This document shows positions 36,493-46,930 of a DNA stretch of 64,000 bases, in pieces (position 1 is the stretch's first letter; the number at the start of each line of letters is the position of its first letter). The notes below the pieces were generated by a model. It was not told where the DNA came from, made no database searches, and saw only the letters and a list, made by a program, of their open reading frames with translations. The stretch spans positions 682,001 through 746,000 of the forward strand of contig CDRNST010000072.1 of assembly GCA_977016875.1 (NCBI GenBank). Direction: 5' to 3'. This DNA is from Pavona decussata (lineage: Eukaryota). The position numbers were made by a program, and so were the translations under genes.

Positions 36493-37437
36493 TTATGTAC
36501 TGCAAACTTTTCGAAATAATCTTTTAAAAGCTCGTCTAAAATCCTTTCGAAGCAAGCTGTAAGCTACCGGGTTTGCAGCGGTACTAAATAATGACATCAC
36601 ACTGGCAAATGTGTCGGCCACGGCGGGGACGATTTCATGATTCCACGTAAGTGCTTTTAACAGGCGTGTCACGCTGAAGGGCGTCCACGAAAGAATAAAT
36701 AGAACCACGACTAAGGTTATTGTTCGGAAACCCTTAAATCTTGACTTCCTCCAAGCGTAACGTCTTGAATTCGAGTTATTAAATTCTCTTGGGGTTGCGG
36801 TGTTAACTCGTCTCCCTTGCTGTCGTACAACAGAAAAGATTCGAAGGTAGCAAAAAATAATAACAGCCGACGGAAACAAGACGCACAGCACAATTGTAAG
36901 AATGCCGTACGTTAGTACCCGTGTTTTCCACTTGTCGCCCGTTCCACTGAAATTGTACGTGCACATTGACTCGTATTCTCCGTATTTAAACCAGCCCAAC
37001 ATTGCGCAAGGTATTGTGAACACCACCGCCCACAACCAGCACAAAGCTATGGCTGAACAAACTCTTTTCGGCGTCACGTTTACTCCGTACTTTAGCGGGT
37101 AAAAAACCGCATAATAACGATCCCAGCTTATGAAAGCCAGAGTTTCAAGTCCAACGATCGCTAAAGTGTAGTAGACAAAAGCTGTTGCCTGGCACCACGA
37201 GCCGCCAAAAATCCAGCCGCCTTCGATTAAGGCAGCGACGCAAAATGGTATGACGATGATTCCTGTTAATAGATCGGTCAACGCCAGGTTAAAGAGGAAA
37301 AAATTTGACTGTTGTTGATGAAGATCTTTGTCGAAATAAATTGCCAAACAAACCAAAACGTTTCCTACAAAACCCAAGACCAAAATAAAAGAAAGAATTG
37401 TAGCGAAAAAGGAGGCCTCCTCTGTTGACAGCAACAT
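36493..37437 (-). CDS. Class A (rhodopsin-like) orphan GPCR, GPR161/aminergic-like fold, 314 aa
   Basis: GN in TM1, LALTD in TM2, WIFGGSWC, WDRYYAV, SWTPF, NPVAY, helix 8 DFRRAF. Position 3.32 is Tyr and 7.43 is Leu. A splice acceptor near 37531 (-) suggests an upstream non-coding exon. Confidence 0.92.
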   Translation of the reverse strand: MLLSTEEASFFATILSFILVLGFVGNVLVCLAIYFDKDLHQQQSNFFLFNLALTDLLTGIIVIPFCVAALIEGGWIFGGSWCQATAFVYYTLAIVGLETLAFISWDRYYAVFYPLKYGVNVTPKRVCSAIALCWLWAVVFTIPCAMLGWFKYGEYESMCTYNFSGTGDKWKTRVLTYGILTIVLCVLFPSAVIIFCYLRIFSVVRQQGRRVNTATPREFNNSNSRRYAWRKSRFKGFRTITLVVVLFILSWTPFSVTRLLKALTWNHEIVPAVADTFASVMSLFSTAANPVAYSLLRKDFRRAFKRLFRKVCST

Positions 37438-38212
37438 TTCTTGTTTGTGTGTTAGCTTCGAACGAAGACTGGTTGAATTTGTACCAGCTGTTCCGCATGT
37501 CGATCAGATAATTTTGGTTAGAAAAATGAGCTGGAAATTAATAATGAAGAGTAAATAAAGCAAGAGAGTGTTGAAAAGGAGAATGGTGTAATTAATAACG
37601 TATGCGGATATGTCAATTTAGGAAAAACAAACCTTTCGAGATAAAAATTTTTTTAAACACGTTTTCTTTACAACACAGCCAAGAATAGGGTTTGATATTA
37701 AAATTTGATGAGGGTTTAAAATACTGTGATGAGATTGAAGTTTAGAAGAGTTAGTCTTCAAACTTTTATGCATCTTTTAGAGTTGAAGAAGTAATGCTTC
37801 ACGTATAGTAGTGAGCTTGCTGTAAGGAAAAAGTATAAAACAACAGCAATTGCCTCGGAAAAATATTCAGTTTGCATATATAAGGAGTCTTGAATCCGAC
37901 CAATTCAACTGTTGTAACACTTGGTTGTTGTCTAAGAAGGTACTGATGAAATATTGATTATTCCATAATTGTCTGTTAGATCGAGTCTGCCTTCTTGCTC
38001 TGTAAAAACTTACTTGGTGTTTTGTCATTAAATTTACGCTGCACCTGAATTGGACAAAGTTTTTTGAGCCCCAAACAATATGTCTAGGGCCGACTAAATT
38101 CAGGCGTAAATGAAGTGAGAATATCACATAACGACTCCGTATATATCGCATTTACGGACACATCGTGTAATTAAAGGTGGATTTCCACTGTCGCTTAAAT
38201 TTTACTTGCGTA

Positions 38213-38382
38213 CAGACGTAGATTTAGCTGGCTTTACGTGCGTAAATAAGATAAGAAGCGATGTATGAGCCGCGTGTGTAAACGTAAAAAGTTGAACTGT
38301 TCAACTTTTTACGTTTACGCAAGCCGTTCATACGTCGCTTCTTATTTTGTTTACGTACGTAAAGCCAGCTAAATTTACGTCT
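38213..38382. repeat. Palindromic MITE core
   Basis: Inverted arms centred on aaaagttgaac-t-gttcaactttt. Confidence 0.75.
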
Positions 38383-39237
38383 ACTCTGTTCGCACAGTAA
38401 AAAAAGAAACGAGCTTTGAGAAACGCAAGCCAGTATATATTCTTTGTACTGATGCATACGGAATCCTAGGATCCGTATATTTTCTTGGCATACCCTGACG
38501 TGTTCTTAACAATTATTCCACGAGGTGACAGATCATCTCATGTCCAACAAGCGCGAGTGGAATAATCGTTTTATTAAAAACAATCACATTGCATGATGTT
38601 GCTGACTTCGTTTTGAAAGAACAACCAGTAGACGATTTAATGCTTCGCTATTTTTTGGGCGTGGCACAATGGCTCATATACCATGGCCTCTTAGCCAATC
38701 AAATCCCTGGAACTGTATTATCCAATTGTCACGTTTTTTAATAAATCGAAATTATCCTCCAAACTACCACCAACGGTACCGGAGAGGTTTCTCACAGGCG
38801 CAGTGAACAAAGTGCACTTGTCATGCACATTTGTCAGAACATGCCGGCCATGGAGACCTGTATTCCGTATTAGTTAAAATGGAGGGCAATATCGAGATGA
38901 AAATTTGTTTTATAAATAAATTTCTTGCTAACTGAAGGGGAAGTGGAAAATTGAAACGTTAGATGTATTTGTCTACAAATTCTTTATGCAGTTCCCGCCA
39001 TGTTTTTTTTTTTTTTTTTTTTTTTAATTTTTAATTTTTATTTGCAAGAAAACACACAGTTACATACAATAATAAACTAGACAGTACTTACGCACTTACA
39101 CTTTGTACAATATTACAATTAGCTTACTCACTTGCTGGCCCGCTAACACACCATTCACAACACTCACTCACTCATCTCATGCTCTCATGCACTCACTCAC
39201 AAAAAATTCAAAGTCACACCCGTACAAGTCATATATA

Positions 39238-42112
39238 TTAAATAGGTCTAAATATTGTCCATTTCTTTTTAAATATGTCTAATGTATTATTTTTCGTACA
39301 AATAAATTTCTCTGTGTCATACTTTAACGATACTTTAAATTTGTAACCACCTATATTCGGAAGTTCGTTATTTCTTCTACACCCCCATAAATAAATTTTT
39401 CCTATAAGTAACAGGTAATTTAGTAAGGGGCATTCTGGTGTTAGGACACCGATTAAAATATCTCTCAACTCAAGATGTATTTGTTGTTTTGTCAGGGATA
39501 AGTAATATAATTCAAAGTCTTTCCAAAAAGTAATTGAGTAAGAACAATTATAAAAGAGATGCTGTATAGTTTCTGATTCCCGTTTGCAAAAAGAGCACAG
39601 ATTGCCTGAAATATAGCCGATTTTATGTAATTTTGAATTAGTGTAAAGTATAGAGTTTAATACCTTAAACTGAAAGGCCTGAACGTATGGCTCAAAAGCA
39701 ACTGAATGGGGAAGACAGAAAGCAGATATTAATTAATTTTTTTATCTTGTCAAGCCTTTCTGAGAAGTTTTTTTGAAAGAGAAGTTTTTTATCATATGAA
39801 AAGAAGACTCCAAGGGCTTTTATTGGATCGCTCGGCCATTTGATTCCGAGCGGCTTCATTTCATTTCCTTTCAGCGATCCCAGCCACATTCCCTCTGTCT
39901 TTGAGCTATTGACCTTTAAACCTGATATATTTTTAAAATTCTCTAGCAACTGAAAGAGTATGTGGGCCGACTCTATGTCAGCGAGAACCGCAGTTGTATC
40001 ATCAGCATATTGTAATAATTTGGTCTCTTGTTGTTCAATTACAATTCCCTTTATTTCAACATTTTCTCTGACGGAAATTGCCAAAGTCTCAACAGCTAAA
40101 AGAAAAAGATAAGGAGACAAAGGGTCACCCTGCCTGACTCCTCTTGAAAGGTTAAAGTATTCTGATGACAAGCCATTATTTATCACACAGCTTTGAATAT
40201 TCTTATAAAAAGTTTTTATCCAACGCTTAAATTCAGGGCCAAAATTGAAGGCATCCAGACAGTTAAACAGAAAGTTCCACTCTAAAGTATCAAAAGCTTT
40301 TCGAAAATCAATAAATATCATCAGACCAGGTATATTTTCTTTTTCTGTAAAATCCATAATATCAAGAATTGACCTTACCGTTTCACCGATATAGCGATCT
40401 TTAACGTAACCGGATTGATTACAGTGTATAATATTAGGCAGGACATTTTTAAGTCTAGAAGCAATTACCTTCGAGATTATTTTGGCATCAACATTGACTA
40501 GAGAAATAGGTCTCCAATTTTCTATTAACGTGCGATCTTTTCCTTGTTTTTCTATTAAAGTGATGACAGCTTGCTTTTGGGAATTGGACAATTCTTCCTT
40601 TACAAGAGACTCATTTATGCAATTAATGAACGGCTCACAAATAAAATTCCAACATTTTTTGTAAAATTCAATTGGGATTCCGTCATTTCCGGGAGACTTA
40701 TTGTTTTGAAAAGTTTCTAAAATGCTTTTACATTCGTCGATGGTAATTTGGCCTTCACACGATTGTTTCTGTTCTTCAGATAGTTGCGGAACATTTAAAT
40801 TGTTCAAAAAAGACGTGATGGAATCCGTATCTGTCGCTTTTGATTTGTACAAGTTGTAATAAAAATCCTTTTGTTCGGAGAGTATCCGGTAAGGATCATT
40901 TGTTATAGCGCCACTTATTAACAGCTTTCTGATATGTTTCTTCACATGATTTCTCTTTTCCAAATTCAAAAAGTACTTAGTGCTTCTTTCTCCATGCTCA
41001 TGCCAGCGAGCCCTTGCACGTACAATAATTCCATTCGTTTTCTCTTCATAAAATAATTCCAGCTTCTCTTTGACTTCATTTAAACGAGATTTGTTTAAAT
41101 CATTTGGGTCATTTTCAAACCGTCTGGTTGCTTCTTTGTATTCCTCTTGAATTATCTTTTCTACATCATTTCTCTGTTTAGTTTTTTCTTTAGAGTACTT
41201 AATAGCATGCTTTCTGATATTGTATTTAATCCAATCCCAAACTGCGCGTTTGTCCGATAACTCTTTTTCCCCCTCCAATTTCCATTTAGAAATATTAACA
41301 CTCAGATAATTTAAATATTCCTCATCATCCAAGAGAGAAACGTTCATTTTCCACATGCCAGGTCCTTTTGCCTCTCCAATTTCACCGAGGATTAAACTAA
41401 TTGCCGCATGGTCTGTTCTTATCGCAGGGATAATGTCCGTAGAATTGACGAAATCACACAGATTATTAGAAATAAGCCAAAAATCCAGACGACATAATAT
41501 AGTAGGTGATTTTTGACTCCAAGTATAGCTTCTTGTTTCAGGATTTTTGACTCTCCAGATATCAACCAAATCTAATTCATTTTGCACACATTCTATGCTA
41601 TTCACAACCGATTTCCTTGGTGTCATTATTCCACCTCGTTTATCTAGATTTGGGTTTAAAGGGCAGTTAAAATCTCCACCTAAAATTATATTCTCCTCAG
41701 AATCTAAGTTTTCAATTTGAAGCAAAGTATGCAACTTCCTGAAGAATTGGACAGATTCTTTATCTTTGTTTGGTGCATAAATATTGACGAGTACATACAC
41801 TTTGTCGTCAACTTTAATTTTAGAAATAATAAAACGCCCGAGGGGATCGGGAATTGTGTGAAGCACTGAACAATTTGCCTTGTTGTTGATCAGTATTGCA
41901 GTTCCACATGAATTTGGGCTACCGTGTGAAAAAAGCATTTTTCCGCCCCATTCATTTTTCCATTGTATTTCTGTTGTTTTGTTTGAGTGCGTTTCTCGTA
42001 AAAAAATCACATCTGCGCTCTTTCTGCGACACCAGGTGAAAATTGTACGTCTTTTTTTGAAGTTGCTAATTCCCCTTACATTCAGAGACATTATTTTTAA
42101 AGTAGCTGACAT
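39238..42112 (-). pseudogene. LINE ORF2 (APE endonuclease + RT + CCHC), broken by deletion/frameshift at ~39723
   Basis: SLNVRG, ETHS, GGDFN, RLDFWL, TDH (APE); KSPGNDG, WRPISL, DFRKAFD, RQGDPLSP, QYADD (RT). After KKLINI it jumps frame to AFCLPHSVAFEPYVQAFQFKV...CSFCKRESETIQHLFYNC...KKKW (stop 39238). Confidence 0.9.
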
Positions 42113-42553
42113 GTTCTACCTGCGTAAACAATAAATTCCATATATAAGAACTGAAATTCCGAATAAACAGCTGAGGGTTGAAGGACTTACGAACTTCCGT
42201 AAAAAATATATTCCTGATTGCTTTGAAGTAAATACAAAAGAAATCATTCTTCGCTTAATACTCAACAGTGTGAACTTTGCAAACAAACATCCCACTAAAC
42301 TAAGACTGACTAAAATACAACCGCAAATGACGTATAAAGGAACACACACATTACTCCTCTCTAAGAATGCAAGATGGAATAATATAAACTCCATCCAACA
42401 TTCAGAACTCCGTCGAACTTGTTAGCCCCTTATTCCAATTGAAACACTTTAGGCCCGCCAAATCAGAATTCTCTTAACATCATTTTATGTAAACATTAGA
42501 AATCGCAACCGACAGAGCGCAATCAAAAGCGCATTCTCTAGCCAAACGGAAAT

Positions 42554-43471
42554 TTACATTGGGACAAATTTACCATTTATATAGAGCTTGTCCGGTTCTG
42601 CTTTGCTAAAAGATGCCTTCATACCGTTCTTTTTGGCCTCCTTTAACTTCTTGATTTGTTTACGTCGGCGCTCAATAATCTCCTGAGGATAATCTTCCAG
42701 AACTTTAATCTCGGAATCTTGCAGGTGAAAAGAAGCTCTCAATACCATCTCGCGATCCTGGTAGCGGAGAAATCTTGCTATAATCGGTCTTGCCTTTCCA
42801 GCGGTAGGTTTCCCCAGACGATGTACTCTCTGCAATTCTATCTTCTTTTCTGGGTTTTCAAGTCCAAGGCCATTCTCCAGAAATTCAAATAAAATGTTAC
42901 GTGTGTTAATCGCTTCGCTGCCTTCTTGATTACTCTTTGTTTGCCTTTCAGCCAGACCAAAGAATTTCAAATTTTCTCTACGACTGTAGGCTTCTGCATA
43001 GAGTTGCTGCGTCTGCAGGTCTTCTTTAGCTGTTTCGAGAAACTTTATTTGCAATTTTAAGCCTTCCAATTCTGTATTCATCCATTGTAAACCGTCATCC
43101 ATCTCCTTCAGATTCTTCTCAGTAACACGTGCGCCATCTTTCAGCTTTGATACGTCGCTTTCCACTATAGTCATCTTTGCACAAAGATTGTTTAAGGTGG
43201 TTTCAATGCTGTCTAGCTTATTCAGCTTAACTAGTATTTCGTCGAGCTTCTCTGTCCACTTCTCCGACATATCTACGGCAAGCGGTGATTCGGGCGCTCC
43301 TTCCAAAACTTCTTGGACTTCGCCTTCGTGTTCAGCGTGCGTCGAGTTCTTGAGTCGCTTATCTAACGGAGAGCTTGATTCCGACCCGCTAGAATCACTT
43401 CGTTGGGTTAATGTGCGTTTTTGAGTAACAGATTTCGTTGGTAGCTTTAGAGTGACAGCAATATCATCCAT
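42554..43471 (-). CDS. LINE ORF1 protein (coiled coil + RRM/CTD, L1-type), 305 aa
   Basis: Heptad region, then RRENLKFFGLAE, RVHRLGK, RPIIARFLRYQDRE, EDYP, DKLYING. Confidence 0.88.
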   Translation of the reverse strand: MDDIAVTLKLPTKSVTQKRTLTQRSDSSGSESSSPLDKRLKNSTHAEHEGEVQEVLEGAPESPLAVDMSEKWTEKLDEILVKLNKLDSIETTLNNLCAKMTIVESDVSKLKDGARVTEKNLKEMDDGLQWMNTELEGLKLQIKFLETAKEDLQTQQLYAEAYSRRENLKFFGLAERQTKSNQEGSEAINTRNILFEFLENGLGLENPEKKIELQRVHRLGKPTAGKARPIIARFLRYQDREMVLRASFHLQDSEIKVLEDYPQEIIERRRKQIKKLKEAKKNGMKASFSKAEPDKLYINGKFVPM

Positions 43472-44227
43472 AGACGGGCAACATTTAGTTTACAATCAGC
43501 TAACAAGTGCGGAGCTCTTACGGACACGTCTGTTCAGCCATCTTGTCCGTGCCATGTTTACCAATGAAAGAGTAAAAATTATACAGTGTATCTGTTATAG
43601 CACGTTTATGGTTTACAATTTGCTGTCCCAAAACACAGTGCAAGGCCCACGTCACAGTAATGTTGTCGTGCAATTTGAAGAGATTTGTTGCAGAAAGAGT
43701 TGAAACTGATTCAAATTATAGTCGGTGCAACTTAGAAACAATCAGCTACACGAGGGGCCGTTCCACGAAATTTTGTGCCCGCTGCTTGAATGAAAAAAAG
43801 GCAGGAAAATATAGTTCAAGGCTACCCAGGTGCTCTGATGCATGTCGCAAAATGCATATTGCTGTAATAATTGTGCCGCAGCTAGGGTGTAGCAACCCGA
43901 GAAACGCCGGACTTTATTCTGTTTAATTTATTGGGTCCAAATTTGGCTCTCAACTATTAACGAAGGAGTGTAACGGCGTTACAGTTTAATACAGTATATT
44001 TACTAACTTATAGCTGCAAGTTGTGGTTTTTCAATAAACGATTTATCAAATGAATAAATCTAATCTAATCTAGACATGAATCGGAAAGGCAGTGGGCTAC
44101 GAAAAATAATCAACGAAATGACATGTCGGCCGACTTCAAGCTTCGTCTTTTATTTACAGTATATTTACTAGCTACACACAAACTGTACAATCCTAGATGA
44201 GTAAAATAACTAATTTTGGCTGGTTAT

Positions 44228-46892
44228 TTACAGAACCGATCGGTATCTGACAGCGAACATGATCCAAACAGCGCATGCGCTCTCAGGGTAGGTGAAAACT
44301 CGAACTCGGACTGCCAACCTCACGTGATCACCTCGGCAACAAATAATCTCTTCACAAACTGGGGACCTGTAAAATAAAATTAAAAAAAAAAAAGCGAAAA
44401 AATTATTATTTTCTTTTTGATAGCATTTAATACTTTCAAAACAGCTGTTTACTGAAAGAGGGTCAATGATAAATACTAAAGAACGAAGAAGGTCAATCGA
44501 TTAGGGAAGATCTCAACGCGCGTCACCGCTGATGACTCACCTAAGACACGTGGCAAAAGCCCGTCGTGCATTGCGATGCACAAACTGGATAGGAAACCCT
44601 TTGAAAGTATGTCCATCCGGGATAGCTCGCCTGATGGCTTGCTGAAACTCCTCATTTCCGGCGGAAATTCCTGTGCAGTGTTCTAACTCATACGCAGCTA
44701 GCGCTGGTGTCAGAATGTAACTTAGTTCGTCATCCCAAGTGGTGTTTAAACCAAGATCCTGTCAGTGAAAGCAAAACGTAAAAATGAAAATGATGTATTA
44801 TTCCGTGAGTGACACAGGCAAACTCGGAAAAAGGAAATCCGAGTGCTCCTATATATCAGAAGTAAACCTATAACCTTCCGATTACTAGTTCGGATGTTCT
44901 ACCACTGAGCTACAGGAGACTCGTGGGAGCTAAGGCCATTAAACTAGGTTCATGGGACAAACATCCTGCATACTGCTAGGAGTTGATGTGTGGCATATGC
45001 ACAATGGAATAAAGTTAATGTGATGGTATATCATAATATAATGTGATGATAAGAATGTAGTACGTTTCTTGTGTATAGTTTCCACATCAATTGTTGATCA
45101 TCATCATCATCATCATCATCATCATTATCACCAGGACAGGAGATCAGCTTACCCTTCTATGATCAGTCACCAGGCTCCTCAGCTCATGCTCCATGTCATT
45201 ACTAACAAGTGCCGAGTCCACACTTGGCGGGTACAGAGGAGGGAAGACTGGACCACTAGGCTGCAAGGGAAAAAATCACAAGGTATACAGTAAATAACAA
45301 AGTCTTTGATGCAGACACAAAAGGGAGGATTTATCATTGTCTGTACTGGTATAAAACATTTCATTTTTAATATAGCAATAATACCCAGACTAAAATTTGT
45401 CCCATGGTAACAATATTCAAATTCTCACCAGCAGTTTGGGTCCACAAACAGATCTTATTGCTTCTTCACTCATGCTTTTCCATCTTGCTTCATTGTGAAG
45501 TTCAAACAGACAAACCTCAGCAGAATCAGTGGGCTAAGAGATATAAATTCAACATATTAACACTGCAGTGTTCAACCCCTGATGCTGTCCATTGGAGAGT
45601 GGTGAGGAGGCTTGCATGTCCTTGTGACCCACAGAGCTATATGTATGCTGGCGGGAGCCTAGTGCTCCCTGTAGGTTCAATCAAGCTGGATTGGTCTACA
45701 GGAGGGGGACCTAACAAAACAGCACCCAGTCCTCCAGGTTGGGGATTTGGTGTAAGGCTAACAACCCTGCCCTTTATAAAATGTCATCTGGGAGGCTTGA
45801 GGTAACACAATGTAAGTAGTACATGTATGAACACTGAACAGCATGGGTGAAAGCCAACAGGAAACCAATACTGGGAGAGCTTGCCACTTGGATGATAAAA
45901 GACGTCTCAATGTTGGGAGAAGGCAGTGAAGTTATCACAAGACAGATTGGCCTGGTTCAGTCTCTTTGAGGTCTTACATGCCACACAGACACTAGGAGGA
46001 TGTGTGTGTGTGTAACATTGTGGTGCTGTGCGATGCCACCAAAGGGACAAGAACTAAAAAATAAAATCTATTACACTCAAAACAGGTCTAACAAAAACTT
46101 TGCCACATATTTTACTATGTATACTGTACTTGCATGTACCGGTCTCTTTTTAGTTTAAATGATTTTGAGATGAGGAAAAACAGAATGGATGCCTCACCTT
46201 TCACTTAAAAGAAATAACAATACATGTAGCACCTAGTTGTCCAGAACAGGATCAACCTAAACTTTTAAAGATTAACATGACCTCTGATGTCTGTACTGGT
46301 TTAAAAGTTACGGTAAATGCTAGAATTAGCATTAGAATTGAAATAAAGACAAGATTAGTCTGAGGTGGAAGTTTGAAAAACGAAATAAGCTCCCCCCTCT
46401 TGACCCAGAAAATTAAATAAGTGCCCTGGGCACTAATTCAAGCATTTACTGAATTACAGTATTTTTTTGATGCGGCAACAAGGAGGGCTACACCATGCAC
46501 ACGCAAGACGTAGGGCCGAGCATAGGGCAACTTTTATTTATAAATGTTTGAATTACTTTTTTTCTCATCGTTTTAATATTGAATTCAATAAGGATAAACA
46601 CGATTATAATACTAGATGTAAAAATAATATCCGTAAGAGTGCATCTAGTAGGAACTGGGGGCATTGGACCTCGACAAATTTTGCCCCAAACGATTGGAAT
46701 AAATTAGACCTTTCAATCAGACAAAGCCCATCATTAGCTAGTTTTAAAAGAGTGTTAAGAAATGTAAATAGTCTTTAGTCTAATTTTTATATATTCATAT
46801 ATTGGTCTTTATTTTTCTTTTTTTTGTTCTTTTTAATTTTCGAGGACTCTTTTGTAAATCACTTATCAGTGAAATTGATTTCCTCAATAAAG

Positions 46893-46930
<38 letters not shown>

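Larger units (their letters stand above)
39006..43550 (-). mobile_element. L1/Tx1-clade LINE with both ends intact, internal ORF2 deletion, 9-bp TSD
   Basis: TSD gccatgttt at 38997-39005 and 43551-43559. Poly(A) tail (poly-T on +, ~39003-39040). 5' end ggacaagatggctg. Contains ORF1 and ORF2. Confidence 0.93.

Noticed and set aside
36493-37437. Opsin or biogenic-amine receptor call
   Set aside because: No Lys7.43 and no Asp3.32.
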